NCBI RefSeq assembly: GCF_030144855.1
Contig: NC_082708.1
Span: forward strand, 117,180,001-117,244,000
Reading direction: 5' to 3'
Origin: Hypanus sabinus
Lineage: Eukaryota
Length of the DNA: 64,000 bases
In this document: piece after piece, positions 34,987-49,011 of the stretch
Numbering within the stretch: the stretch's first letter is position 1
How the letters are laid out: every line of letters starts with the position of its first letter
The notes under the pieces: generated by a model
Told to the model about the DNA's origin: nothing
The model's database searches: none
Seen by the model: only the letters and a program-made list of their open reading frames with translations
Program-made: the position numbers and the translations under genes

Positions 34987-36769
34987 CTGCAAATAGAAAA
35001 CAGATACAGAATTGTTAACATTCTCTCAAAGTTTTGATTTTTAATACTTGAGGAAGTAGAAAAGGTGACCATTTTTGTTCCAATCTCACACTCACAGCAC
35101 TGAAAAGGATGATTTTCAATCCTCCACTGTGTGTGAAAAAATGAATAGTTTAAAGAACATGACCATTAAACAACTTTCCATTTGAATTGAAGATCCAAAT
35201 GGATGGCTTAAATACTGACTGGAAAAAGGCTGAACTATTATTTACTCTTAGAAAATGAAACAAACCATTTAATGGGATCCTGATGCAGCATGTCTCATTT
35301 GGGCCTTACAGTTTGCACAAGTGCTAATTATTGTTATTTTGGTTTGAGCAGCCTAAGCGGAAATTCTGAAATGAGCTGTTGTAGCTAGCTCAGGAGAAAT
35401 TCAAAGAAGGTTATGAACAGTTTTTGAGTTCCCTTCAGTTTCAGCAAAATACATCCCTGTCCCCAAACCATATTCAACCAAATGGCGAAGGTTTCCTCTT
35501 TGCCATTTAGGAAGTATATGCTGTATGGGCATGACATGTTACTAAGGCTTTTGTTTGGAAAATCAATTGCAGAAAATAAGAGCATGGAAATCAAAAGATT
35601 AAGGCATTTTGACGGAAATGCAATCAGCCAATACTGTATTCAGAATAAATGAATTTGATGGATGGGTAGTACATTTATTTACATTATCCTAAGCGTTAAG
35701 ACATATATGAGTTACTCTTTAGTTAAATTATTCATTTTGTACAAATGAGAAGTATTCAACGGAATGGACAGGCTTCTTCACCGCTCCCTATGTCAGATCT
35801 TTGATCTAGAATGTTGCAACTCTATCAAATTTTACCTACTGTCCTATATCTGGAAAGTCATCTGCAGTCAATCAAGGACAACCAGTGTGTCTTGGAGTTT
35901 TATTTACTTCCATTCTTAAACCTGGTGAAAGTCAAAGGTTTTGAACATATGTTCTCAACAGCCCATACCCTTGTCATAAAATAAGGTAAAGAATCATACC
36001 ATTATGGAATATTAAGAGTCATACAGCAGTGAAGTGGGCACTATCACAAGGTAATGACAGTTGAATAAATCTTTATTTTTTGTATTGGTCTTCTCCATTA
36101 AAGTCACTGAAAATATCTCAGTAACAAATGGTCTTATTTCAAATCATATATGGAAGCATTTGTAAAAAAGAAACAACCAAGCATATGGGATGAAGCACTG
36201 GAATAACTCATGTGAGTAAAGGTGGACAGGTTGCTAGTACCCGATGGCCTGTCTGAAAGATTTTAATGGCTGCAGAGATAGTGGAACCATTAGTTGAATT
36301 TTTTCTGAACTCACTGAATTCCAGGAAGGTACCAGATAATAAAAAAGCAGCAAACTTTACTTCCCTGTTGTTAATGAATTTCTTATGAATCACTGCTTCA
36401 AGGGGCCTTTGGAGAACTGTTCTGTGTCTTAGAAGCTCAGCAATCATAGTCAGCTTTTCACATGCATATTGTTGATCTTTCACTAGTTAAGGCTTTCAGA
36501 AATGATTATTAATGAGTCTATTTTCATTATCATTGATAAACTGAAAGTCAAATCTGCTATCATGGGCCTTTAATACTACAAGCAGATAGAGTGATGGTGA
36601 CTTGATATTTCTGCACACTATCTCTATGTCTAGAAGAAAGGCTTGGCAACTGGTGTCGAGGCAAACAAATTAGTCCTTCCTTTGATGTCAGCTGCTGAGA
36701 TATTCCTCTTCTGCAACCTGCAATGCCTGTTTCTTCACTTCCTCTTCCTCCTCCTTCTGCTACTGGAGG

Positions 36770-38290
36770 GCTTCAAGGCAATATCAGCAGAACTAGAACC
36801 AGGTTTATTATCACTGACTTATACAACATGAAATTTGTTGTTTTGCAGCAGCACAGTAAAGAACATAAAGTTGTTATAAATTATAAAATAAATAAAGTGC
36901 AAAAAGAAAGGAACAATGATATAGTGCTCATGAACTGTCCGGAAATCTGATGGCACAGGGTAAGAATCTGTTCCTGAATTACTGGACTTTCAAGCTCCTG
37001 AAACTCCTCCCTGATGGTAGGAATGAGTAGAGGGCACGCAAGGTGGTGAAATCCTTAATGATGAAAGCCGCTTTCTTGAGGTACCACCTACCTCCTGAAG
37101 GAGTCCTTGATGGTGGGGATGATTGTGTCTGTGATTGAGCTGGTTGAATCTACAACTCTCTGCAGCCTCTGCGATGTTGCGTACTGAAGCTTCCATGCCA
37201 AGCTGTGATGCAACCAGCCAGAAGGCTCTCCACCATGTATCCATAGGAATTTGCAAGAGTCTTTGGTGACATACCATATCTCCCTAAAGTCCTAACAAAC
37301 TAGAGCTGCTGGTATGCCTTCTTTGGAATTTCATCAACATGTTGGGTCCAGGACAAATTCTCTGAGATGTTGACAGTATCTTAAAGGTGCTTACTCTTTC
37401 CATTATTGACCTCTCAACAAGGACTGGTGCATGTTCTCTGGACTTCTTGCAGGTACAACAGGTTATTAAGAAGGCAAATGGAATGTTGGCCTTCATTGCT
37501 AGAGGGATTGAATTCAAGAGCAGGGAGATCATGCTGCAATTATACAGGGTACTGGTGAGGCCGCCCCTGGAGTACTGTGTGCAGTTCTAGTCTCCATACT
37601 TGAGGAAGGATATATTGGCTTTAGAGGCAGCGCAGAGGAAGTTCACTAAGTTGACCCCAAAGATGAAGGGGTTAACCTATGAGGAGAGATTGAGTCGCCT
37701 GGGACTATACTCTCTGGAGTTCAGAAGAATGAGGGGGATCTTATAGAAACATACAAAATTTTGAAAGGGATGAAGATAGAATTAGGAAAGTTGTTTCCAT
37801 TGGTAGGTGAGACGGTGAGACTAGAACTAGAGGATATTGCCTCAAGATTCAGGGAAGAAGATTTAGGATGGTGATGAGGAAAAACTGTTGTTCCCAGAGA
37901 GTGGTGAATCTGTGGAATTCTCTGCCCAGGGATGCAGTTGAGGCTTCCTCACTAAATATACTTAAGAAACACTTAGATAGGTTTTTACATAGTAGGGGAA
38001 TTACAGGTTATGGGGAAAAGGCAGGCAGATGGAGCTGAGTTTACAGACATATCAGCCATGATCTTATTGAATGGCGGAGCAGGCTCGATGGGCCCAATGG
38101 CATACTCCTGCCCCTATTTCTTATGTAAAATTCACAAACAATCCTTGGTCTTGCTGACACTGAGTGAGAGGTTGTTGTTGTGACACCACTCAATTAGCCA
38201 ATCTATCTCACTCCTGTTTGCCTCCTTGTCACCGTCTGAGATTTTACCAACAACATGGTGCCATCTACAAATTCATGGATAGTTTTTAAG
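36770..38290 (-). mobile_element. Rex1-like LINE fragment interrupted by CR1 (37448-38125)
   Basis: Rex1 motifs on minus at 36770-37445 and 38135-38290. Confidence 0.7.
37448..38125 (+). mobile_element. CR1 LINE 3' fragment
   Basis: QVQQVIKKANGMLAFIARGIEFKSRE...VRPPLEYCVQF, followed by tail ...cctatttcttatg. Confidence 0.9.
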
Positions 38291-38632
38291 TACTGTCTTG
38301 AACGTTGAGTATGTTCAGGAGGCAGCAGGTAACCGCCGATATGGACTAGTGCAATGTTGGTTTAACTTCTTGAGCCACACAGCTCCTGAGTTTAAACTGT
38401 GTTTTTGCATTTTCTACTCTCAAACACCTTTTGTTTAGAAATTCATGGTTATGCAATCCATGATCTCTCTCACCAATCAACTTCCCAGCTCTTTACTTCA
38501 CCCCAACCTTGGTTACATCTATCACCTTGAGTATCTCCCTCCCCTCCCTCCACTGACTCATTTTTTTTTATCTCTATTTCTACTGATGTGTCTTGGCCTG
38601 ACACATCATTGACTGTACTCTTTTCCATAGAT

Positions 38633-39622
38633 CAAGGATAGCCAACTTATGGTGCATTGGATGATCAGAAGTGGCGCATTGCACCCCAGTGATAATAATA
38701 AAACAGTAAGCCTACTCATCCAAAAAGTATTAACCAAAAACCATTTGTAGAAAAAAAATCTAAAACAGGAATTCAAGTAGCTCAGAGCTAGAAATGGATT
38801 TTACTGAGAATAAATCTAAAACTTAGCAATTATTTTAAGCGATTTTATTATTTCGTGCACATCTTCTGGTGAACGTTATCTTCTTTCACATTAATCTGTT
38901 TTCAATTAAAAAAATGTTCAATGAGTCAAAATAGGAAAGAAGGACTTTTGTTCTGCAGTCGATCCATAACACGTTTGATACTTGTTTGATCCTGAGGCAC
39001 CAGGCCTCTGCACCAGTGGTGCGACACAGGTTTTTGCCAGTCAGTTTACAATTGACATTCGTGCTATGGAGTTGTGCTTTGTTCTTCCTTTTGTGAACAT
39101 CTGCAGTTTTGTACTTTTTTGAAAATTAAGCCTTGTTTTTACATTCAGTTACTCATCACAGTGTGAAAGAAAATGAGCAAAAGCAGAAAGTGATAGTAAG
39201 TGTAAATTTAATGAACAGTGGGAAAATGAGTTCTTATTTATAGTGGGTCCATCAGGAAAACCATTGTGCATTGTTTGTGAAAACACTTTCGCACATAATA
39301 GAAGACATGATCTTAATAGACACTTTAAAACACAACATCAGACTGAAATGGAAGCTAGTGCTTGGGTCTGAGTTACGAAGAGAATATATGATTAAGAAAA
39401 AGGAAGAAATCAAAAGAAGACAGAATATATTTGTTAAAAGTCTCATTAAGGTAAGTAATGTTTATCTTGTTTTATAGTAAATCAATATATCATGTAAAAT
39501 GCTAAATATATCTATATTAACATTTTTACAAGAATTGAATGGGGGTACAAGAGTTGTATGGCACATCTGAACTTGTGCGTGAAAAAATTGACTCATGGAA
39601 TGTAAAAGGTTGGCCACCCCTG
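38633..39622 (+). mobile_element. Non-autonomous hAT (Charlie-like) element with BED finger relic, inserted in a PLE tail
   Basis: Termini caaggatagccaact and ggttggccacccctg. 8-bp TSD ccatagat/ccattgat. Internal KFNEQWENEFLF...GKPLCIVCENTFAHNRRHDLNRHFKTQH. Confidence 0.8.
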
Positions 39623-40636
39623 CCATTGATGCTGCCTGGCCTGCTGAGTTCCTCCAGCATTTTGTGTTGCTTTGGATTTCCAGCATCTGCAGATTTTCTC
39701 GTTAAAGACTATTAAATATAGTTTCTTACTCAAAAAATGTTTACTAACAGCTGAGTTGTACATGATATCAGAAATTTGCTGTAAGAGTTACAAACATTAA
39801 TTCTGAAAGATTAAACGCAATGTGCTAAAATAAAATGTGTTCTATTTCAGTTCTATATATGTATTAACATATATATAAATATAGTCTGCATATATTCCAG
39901 TGAGTTATTAATGCTTTTGCATATCTTTTCCGTCACTGTTTGCTTTGAACCCAAAGATTGAATGACAAGTTAGTTTCAAGACAGGTGCATCATTAATCAA
40001 TTAATCAATAATTAATTAATAAGAATTCTAAAGCTACTCATTGCATGCAAAACATGAAATTATAAATGATATATAAAATGAAATATATTGTGATCAGATT
40101 TCATTTGAAACTAATATATTTAAGCATGCGAGAAGTAATCCTGTAGACATGTTTTCTGACAGAGGCTCTGTGAGCTTTCATGATGACACAAAGACATCTA
40201 TTATAGTACTCTGTCTATGCATTTATGAGGCACTGAACTCCGGCATTGCAAATATTTATAAAAGATTAATCAAATAGTCCTTGATTACATGTACTGTCTG
40301 TAAAGCAGGTGGTTAAGTATGTAATTTAAATGGATTCTTTGCTTCTAATGTAATCTCTAGCAAGAGATTTTTTTAGACAAGTACCAAGTGTGGGTTGATA
40401 TAGAGCACTTTCTCAAAACTTTACTACCCAATAGGAAATGACTAAATTACAAGATGTAATATTTTTATGTCATGCATGGTTCACTCTTCCAAAAGTCAGC
40501 AAACAGAAGTTGACATTCCAGTATATTCCATAAGTAAAATCACATTTTCCAAAATCTTTAGTCTGTAATGCAACATATTGTAGGAAGACCAAGTAAACAT
40601 AAATACATTGAATTCCCCTGTATCTATCTTCCTATT

Positions 40637-40923
40637 GATTTATTTAGTGATACAGCTCGGAGTTAGCCCTTCTGGTCTTTTGAGCCATGGCACCCCAGCA
40701 ACTTTACAACCCCGATTAACCCTAACCCAATCACGGTACAATTTACAATGACCAAATAACCTACTCTGTATGTCTTTGGACTGAGGGATGAAACCAGAAC
40801 ACCTGGGAAAAACCCATGAATTCCACAAGGAAGACACATAGAGACTCCTTACAGAACAGCTCTGGAATTGAACTCCGGAACACTCCAAGCTGTAATAACT
40901 TTGTGCTAACCACTATACTACTG
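40637..40923 (-). mobile_element. tRNA-derived V-SINE (HE1-like)
   Basis: Minus strand shows A-box-like tagtatagtggttagc, B-box gagttcaattcc, V-core gggttttt.ccaggtgttctggtttc...ccaaagac, and tail ending aaataaat. Confidence 0.8.
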
Positions 40924-41319
40924 TGTACACAATGTTCTTTCAATTTCAGGGGGAATAATGCATTTTCAAAAATGTTAATGACAGTCCTACACTTTAGAGA
41001 TCACACAATATATAATGACATTATTACTTCTGGGTTACATTACAAGTCCTTGGTGCAAGCCATCAAATAAATGGAAATATGATGAAAATTAGATCAAAAT
41101 TGTACTTTTCTTGTTTGACCAAGTTTTATCCCTCAGTTTTAAGTCCTTCAATAAAATCCATAACTCTCCAGATAAAATGTAGGCACATATTCTCAGAAGA
41201 TCCACAATAATTATCTGGTGTGATTATTTTCTAATCTCAATTGATTACCCAAACATTTGTTTCTGGGGCTTCTTTGGGTTTTTGCTTTCTGAAAAATGTA
41301 ATTTGGATCCTTTGTCCAG

Positions 41320-44300
41320 TGATGATGAATTCGTTGGTTCGTTGATCAGGGGAACAGAAAGGAGGTTCTGTGGACAAGAACAAGATTACTAATTTGTTTG
41401 TTGCCTCCCGAGTGCCAGGGTTAGGGACATTCCATATCGAGTCAACAACATTCTTTAGTGTCAAGGTGAGCAGCTAGAGGTTGTGGTCCATTTTGGTATC
41501 AATGATATGGGTAGGATGAGAGAAGAGGTCCTGCAAAGTGAGTTCAGGGTGTTAGGTGCTAAGTTAAAGGACAGGACATCCAGGGATGTGTTCTCATGAT
41601 TGCTACCTGTCACAGGTGCGAGTGAGGCCAGAAATAGGAAGATCATACAGTTTAATACATAACTAAGGAGTTGGTGTAGGAGTGAGGGCTTCAGATTTTG
41701 GTTCATTGGGCTCTCTTCCAGGGAAGGTGGGACCTGTTTTGAAGGGATGGTTTGCACCTGAACTGGAGAGGACTAACATCCTAGCGCGAATAGGACTAAT
41801 ATCCATTTAGTGCATCATAGGAGAGGGGGGTTTAAACTAGAGTTGTGGGCGGATAGGAATGTTCATGCAGAACAGATTATGGAGTAGCTGAGGAGAAAGA
41901 TGTTAAGCTTACATACACAGTTAGGAATCAACAGATTGAGCATGGTGGGACTAATGCTTTGAGCTACGTATATTTCAATGCAAGAAGTATCATGGGGTGA
42001 TTGAGCTTAGGACATGAATAAGCACGTGGAATTGTGACATAGGGAGACTTGGTTGCATGAGGGCAGGCCTGGCAGTTCAATGCTCTCCATTGTTTTAGAT
42101 GTGATAGAGTGGGAGGGATTAAAGAGGAAAAATGTCATGGCAGTGCTCAGTTAGGACAGCTGGAGGTTAGGGAGGCGAGTGAGCTAGTGGGTTAAACTGA
42201 GGAATAAAAAAGGTACGAGCAAGTTAATGGGATTATCTTATAGACCACCCAACAGTCTGCAGGATTTAGAGTAGAAATTTGCAGAGAGATTATGCACTGT
42301 TACAAGAAACATAAGGTTGTGATAGTAGGTGACTTTAAATTTCCACATATTGACTGGCACTCCCAAACCGTTAAAGTTAATGGGAAAGAGCTTGTCAAAT
42401 ACAGTATGTTCAGGAAAGTTTCCTCAATCAGCACATAGATATCCCAACTAGAGAGTGTGATACTAGATCTCCTATTAGGGCATGAGACAGGGTAGGTGAC
42501 AGAAGTTTGTATAGGGGAACATTTTGCATCTAGTGATCATAATACCATTAGTTTAATGGTAATTATCAAATAGGATAGGTCCGGTCCTTGGGTTGAAATT
42601 CTAAATTGGAGAATGGCCAATTTTGAAGGTATCAGAAAGGATCTGGCAAGTGTGGATTGGGACAGGTTGTTTTCTGGTAAAGGTGAACTTAGTAAGTGGG
42701 AGGCTTTCAAACGCAAGATTTGGAGTGTACAGAGTTTGTATGTCCCTTTCAGAATACAGGGCAACGTTGACAGGTTTATGGAAGATTGGTTTTGAGATAT
42801 TGAGGCCCTGTTTAAGAAAAAAGGAATGTACATAGTAGATATAGGCAGGTAAGAATAAATGAGGTACTTGTGGAGTATAAGCAATGCAAGAGGACACTTA
42901 AGAAGGAAATCAGGAGACCTAAAAGAAGACTGAGGTTACTCTAGTAGGCAAGATGAACACCTCCTAAGGGCTTCTACAGATATACAAGAGCAAAAAGATG
43001 GCAAGGGACAAAAATTGGTGCTCTGGAAGATCAGAGGGATAATCTATGTATGGAGCCAAAAGTTATGGTGTAGATCTTAAATGGATTTTTTGCATCTGTA
43101 TATACTAGGAAAATGGACAGAGTCAAAAGGAGTGAGACAAAGCAGCTGCAAGATCATGAACCCTATACAGATTACAGAGGAGGAGGTGTTTGTTTTCTTG
43201 AGACAAATTAGGGTGGATAGATCCCCAGGGCCTGACACCAAGTGTTCCTTCAGACCCTGTGGGAGGTGAGTGCAGAAATTATAGGAGCCCTCACAGAGAT
43301 GTCAAAAATATCCTTAGCCATGGGTAAGATGTTGGAGGATAACTAATGTTGTTCCATTGTTTGAGAAAGGCTCTGAGAATAACCCAGGAAATGTGGAAAT
43401 AGGCTGCTGGGCCTGATATCAGAAGTGGGAAAGTTATTGGAAGGTATTCTAAGTGACCACATATATGAATATTTGGATAGACAGGGACTGATTAGGGATT
43501 GTCAATATGGCTTTGTGCATGGTAGGTCACATCTAGCCAATGGTATAGTCTTTCAAGGAAGTTACTAGGAAAGTTGACTAAGGCAGGGCATTGAACATTA
43601 TCTACATGTAATATGACAAGGTCCCACATGGAAGGATAGTCAAGAAAGTTCAGACACTTAGATTCAATATGAGGTAGTGAATTGGTTTAGACATTGGCTT
43701 TGTGGAAGAAGCCAGAGAATGGATGTACATGGTTGCCTCCCTGACTGGAGGCCCATGGCTAGTGGTGTGCTGCAGGGACTGGTGCTGGGTCTGTTGTGGT
43801 TTGTCATCTATAGCAATAATCTGAATGAGAATGTGCTAAACTGAATCAGGAAATTTACAGATGACAACAAGATTGGGGTGTAGTGGATAGCGAGGAAGAT
43901 TAGCAAAGCTTGCAGCGGGATCTGGAGCAGCTGGAAAAATTGTTTGTAAATGGCAGATGGAATTTAATGCAGTCAAATGTGAAGTATTGCACTTTGGGAG
44001 GACCAACCAGAGCACTGTAGGTCTTACATGGTGACAGGTAGGGCACTCGAGTGTGGTCAGACAGATCCCTCTGGGAATACAGATCCATAATCCCTTGAAA
44101 ATAGCATCACAGCTATTTTTACTTTGTTTTTTTTTTATCAATTATGCTATTGTTTGCACTGTTGTAACTATATGTTGTAATTATGTGGTTTTGTGCAGGT
44201 CTTGTAGCTTTAGTTTTTGGTCTTGTTTTTGTCTGGTGGATTTGGAGCTCCTTTCTGGGGAACGCGCTAGACGGTAGCACGATACTAAAACGCAGCAGCT

Positions 44301-44770
44301 TCTCCAGACTCTGGATTGGGGATTGTCAAACGTTACGTGGATTTTCTGGTGTAGTCTGTTTTGTCATATGCTTTTGTGATATCATTCTGGGGGAACATTA
44401 TCTCATTTTTTAACTGCATTGCATTTGTGGTTTCTAAATGACAATAAACTGAATCTGAACAGTTAGATAGGGACATAAAGAAAGCTTTTGACACACTGGC
44501 TTTCATAAATCAATGTACTGAATACAGGGGCTGGGATATTATGTTAAAATTGCTTAAGACATTTGGTGAGGCCTGATTTGGAGTACTGTATGGAGTTTTG
44601 GTCATCTACTTACAGGAAAGATGTCAATAAGATTAAAAGAGTGCAAAGAAAATTTACAAGGATGTTACCAGGACTTGAGTACCTGCGTTATAGGGAAAGG
44701 TTGAATAGGTTAGGACTTTATTCTCCAGATTGTAGAAGATTGAGGGGAGATTTGATAGGGGTGTAGTGTT
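41320..44770 (+). mobile_element. Long degenerate CR1 (ORF1 esterase + ORF2 EN/RT)
   Basis: ORF1 CCLPSARVRD, VVVHFGINDMG, DGLHLNW. ORF2 Y.NARS, YRPP, IVGDFKFP, ASSDHN, SPGPD, VRPDLEYC. Many stops and frameshifts. Confidence 0.9.
44113..44458 (+). mobile_element. Unclassified non-LTR 3' tail inserted in CR1
   Basis: Interrupts the CR1 frame between ...atcacag and ttagatagg. Ends aataaactgaatctga. Short acag duplication. Confidence 0.6.
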
Positions 44771-47700
44771 GCACTTTGGGACATCCTACACTTAAATATT
44801 CAAGAATTTTCAAGTGATTTTAAAAAATGAACATAAATTATAACATATTAAATTGTTACATTCAAAAATTTTCTGACAGCTGGTAAGAATTTTCTCACAG
44901 CTGTATATTCATGTTGGGAGACCTACTCCAAATGTGTGTTCAATGTTCATTCTATTCAGTGAAAGTATTTAGTGGGTTAGTCAAGAATGAGCACCAAGCA
45001 CCTTCATGGAAATTTTAAGCTACTGTGTTTGGAATACTGATAAAAGATAAGTGGTCAGTAACAAGCTTTCTTTCTCTTTGGAACAAATGGTCATATTTCA
45101 TTGCTTCAATTTACTAATCATTATATCAGAAAAGTAATTTGGGAATGTTATGGAAGTGCCTGAAAATCTGAATTCCATAATTTCAACAAACTGTTGATGA
45201 TATGCCAATATATAGACAGTGATGTTTCAAACAATAACAATACCAATTTCAACAATACAGTGAATGACGGTACACTGTAAAAAAACAAAAGGAAATATAT
45301 AATCCAGGCCTGCATTGATCCATTAAATGATGAGAAATAACCACCATTCCTTACAGTTGTGAACAAAGTAAGTTTTTACTTAGACTACTAGCTGAATTGA
45401 ATTTCACTACTTTTTACTGAATTGCTTTGTAAATGCTAATGAAATCTGCATTCTTTTCAAAAGTCTGATCTATTGGGAGATCAAATAGTGCAAAATTTAA
45501 ATTGAAAATAAGATGTTGATATGGAGGAGAATCCATTTTATGTAGTAACTTTCAGAGATGAAGTTTGGAAAATCTCTTCAGCAAGTAAGCCCTTCATTTG
45601 TCCACCATTGTTATGGATTGTGTACCCATAAGCAAATCTGATCATCAATTCTCTCTCTTGGGCACAATCTTACAGCAGAAACACCTTGAATTATTATTTC
45701 TATTAACAACTATGGATAAGTAAGGAGCTGGTACAACTGCAGATTTGATCAGGCCGATTTTGCTACAGAGCATTATCATAATTAGTTTTAAGTAAATCCG
45801 AGCATGATGAATTAAAAGAGTTTTAGAAAGTTGATTACAAATGCAGCTGGTACTCAAGACTAGGACTACAAATGAGAACAAACCATGGCCAATAATTTAG
45901 CTCTGAAAACTGAGGTGAACTTATTCAATTATATCACTAAGGTTGGATAAGAATACAGGACAAGTGATCTTCTGGATAAGATATCAATCACTTATAGAAT
46001 CATTAAGTAAAGGACATTTCATAGATCGGTTGAAGGGTCTTTTGGATCTGTATTTATCATGTCAGATTTCAGACAATTTGCGACAGCATTCCAGCAGTAG
46101 CCTCATCTGATGCTCACATACTTATCCAACCACTATGATATGATGACACTCATCACCACATTTATCTATCAACAGAGTGGAGCACAGCCAGAAATTCACT
46201 GGAAACTAATTCAATGGGAATAAAATTGCGGTGATTTTAAATTTATTGAGAAGGAAGAAGCCCTTGTAGAAATATCAAGACCGTAGCTTTAATTTTTCAA
46301 TTTTTTAAGTGGAACCAGCAGAATGATGAGGTGAAATAGTTAAGTTAAACAGATATTTTTAAAAGCAGAAAACTGAGATAAAATTGTTTATTATAACAAT
46401 TTTTATCTAATAAAATAACAGCAAATTCTAATGTATCAATATGGACATAAAACTGGAATTGTACACAGCCTATATAACTCTTTGTATACTTTGAAGTTTA
46501 AGTAAATAAAAATAAAATTTCTGTACTCTCATACTAAAAAAATGTCAACCTGTCAAGGGAGAGCAACATATATTGGTACATGAATTAAAGTGTTCCCAGC
46601 AAATATTTTTATTAAGCCAAGTTTAAAACAAGTTTAGATTTTTTGGATAAGTTGTCAATAGATTTTCAGATTGTTGTTTTGTTCACCATCAATGTACTTC
46701 ATTCCTAAAACAAAGCAACTATACTTAAACTAGGCCAGTCTGATAACATTATCGATTTGATCCATATGACCATAAGTCTTTAATTCTGTTTAGTAAAGCA
46801 CTGTAACTTGTAATGTTTGATTCTCACTAATAGAATCTAAACATTCCCACAAAACAAATGGAGATAATTTTATAACAAAATGAATAAAATACATACAATT
46901 TTAAAGTATCATTTAATCTGATGCAAGTTCAAATATGATAATTTCTTCAGAATAGCTTTCTTTAAAATCTAGTGCATTTATTATACATCATAGCAATAGC
47001 AATTTATTACTTTTTTATTATACACCACCATTTTTAATGTAATTTCAGTTTATACTTCTCTATTATTGAGAACTGAAGTGAAAAGGAACCGTCATATGAA
47101 AACGACACCATTTTAAAATAAAGCAGCATTATTATTTGATTTTAACAGAATTCAAGTGCTCAGGATGTTTGAAGTCCCCAGAAACGTCACTGACCTCTAT
47201 CTGCACAACTGCCCTCTACAAAGTAATTTCATATTGTGAATGGATATTTATGAGGTTGGAGCAGAAAAACCCTGCGCCACTATATTAACTGAGCTACAAT
47301 GAACACTACATATTCCCATTAGGACACCCTCCTCTTGTTCAACAAACTCTTGGGAGCTTAAACATGTAGGATTTCCAACTGAACAATGTCAAGCCATAGC
47401 TCAATGTCAGGTTCAATGCGACATTCCATGATTAAGGGTCAAATTGTCACCTCATCCACTATCAATCAGTGAAAATGTAATCTGGCAAATAATTTAATGA
47501 AGGCAATGAATCAAACAGAATTTCACTAAAAAAAAATCATTAAGTGATTTTATGCTCTATGCAGTTGACATTCACTATAAATTTACATGAAAACTAAATA
47601 CAACAGATTTTAGAAGAATATGTTTGCATTCAAATAAGCTTACTCTGATAATTCATTCTGCACTCTTTTCCAAGAAAGGAAAACATCATTTACAATTAAA

Positions 47701-48319
47701 GAAATGTTCTTTTGTATAAACTGGCCTTTGTACTTCTCAGTTATTACAGTGATTATGTCATATTTATCTGGTTTTCTTTAAATAATGTCACGTGGAACCA
47801 AAGGCCAATTGCTATCATGTTCCAAGTTTTTAAAAGTTCATAGTAAAGCCTCACAATTATTTTCCTCTTTTTTCCCCAATCCACATTTTCACCATTCATC
47901 TTTTCCTGCTTTCTGATTGTCTTTTTCCATGAATCACACTCCAAAAGAAATCTGTTGAGAAACCATTAGCATGCCCTCCTGAGCTAAACTACAACCCAGA
48001 TTGTCACTTCCAAAAAAGACAGCCTTAGTAAATTCAAAAGAAATATTTATTTGCTCCCACACTCTCCTCAGTTTGTGTCATTGAATCGCAAATATATGAG
48101 ACCATCCTGCTGGTTTCCTCTTAGGTTAGTAAAAAAAAAATTGGTAAACAACAGTGCCATCAAACCACATTTGTTAGAGTTACCTTATCATAAAACCAGA
48201 AGTGGAAGTTTGCAGATGATTGCAGAATGGAATGTCCAATCCCATCTGCAGCTCCTTAGCAAATGAAGCGGCTCACGCCTGATTTTTCAAGTAACGGTCA
48301 CATCACAAAGATGCCAGCA

Positions 48320-48915
48320 ATGACTCTTTCCAACAAGAAAGAGTCTGATCATCTATGTTAAGAACCTCACCATCAACATTCAGTGGAAGTTCTGAAGTTC
48401 ATGACTGACTGGAAACTCATCTGGATTAGCCATATAAACAATGTGGCTGAAACAATAAGGCATGGAATGGGCATTCTGTAGGAAATGACTCAATTCTTGA
48501 CACCCAAAATATCAACAGTGTGATGGAATACTTTCCACTAGCTTGGATGGGTGTTGCTCAATCAGAAACTTTGAAAGATTCAGGAAGAAGCAACCCATCA
48601 CCTAAATATTAATTGCCTTCCAATGCTGGTAGGCAGTAGGTGAATTGTGTATCATCTACAGAACGCACTCCAATTGCTCACAACTAGCAAACTTGCCACA
48701 TCTACCACTGAAAAAAGATATGACATAAACACCCTAAAAGTTCTTCTCCAAATTATACATCATCCTGACTTGGAAATATATTGCCAGTCCTTTATTAATG
48801 TTGAAACTTATTTCTCAAGAGCATTGTGGCAATACCTTCACTAGAAGGACTGCAGCAATTCAAAAAGATGGTTCACCACCACTTTCACAAATGCCCAGTT
48901 TACATCTTGAAAATG
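48320..48915 (+). mobile_element. Old CR1/L2-like LINE 3' fragment
   Basis: Relics of L.W.SHIN, SVMEY.P.AWM, and tail gactgcagcaattcaaaaagatggttcaccaccac. Confidence 0.55.
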
Positions 48916-49011
48916 AATAAAAAGTATGCAGTGTTCAATTTGGTCTTTGTCAGAGCTACAGAACACTTCACTTCTGGCTATGGATACAAACTACACATAT
49001 TAAAAAAAACC

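Noticed and set aside
36643-36831. Hydrophobic 62-aa ORF as signal-peptide or TM microprotein
   Set aside because: Non-ATG start, driven by a ctt/cct low-complexity tract, and runs into a LINE tail.
40860-40923. tRNA gene
   Set aside because: A/B boxes belong to a SINE head and no cloverleaf is evident.
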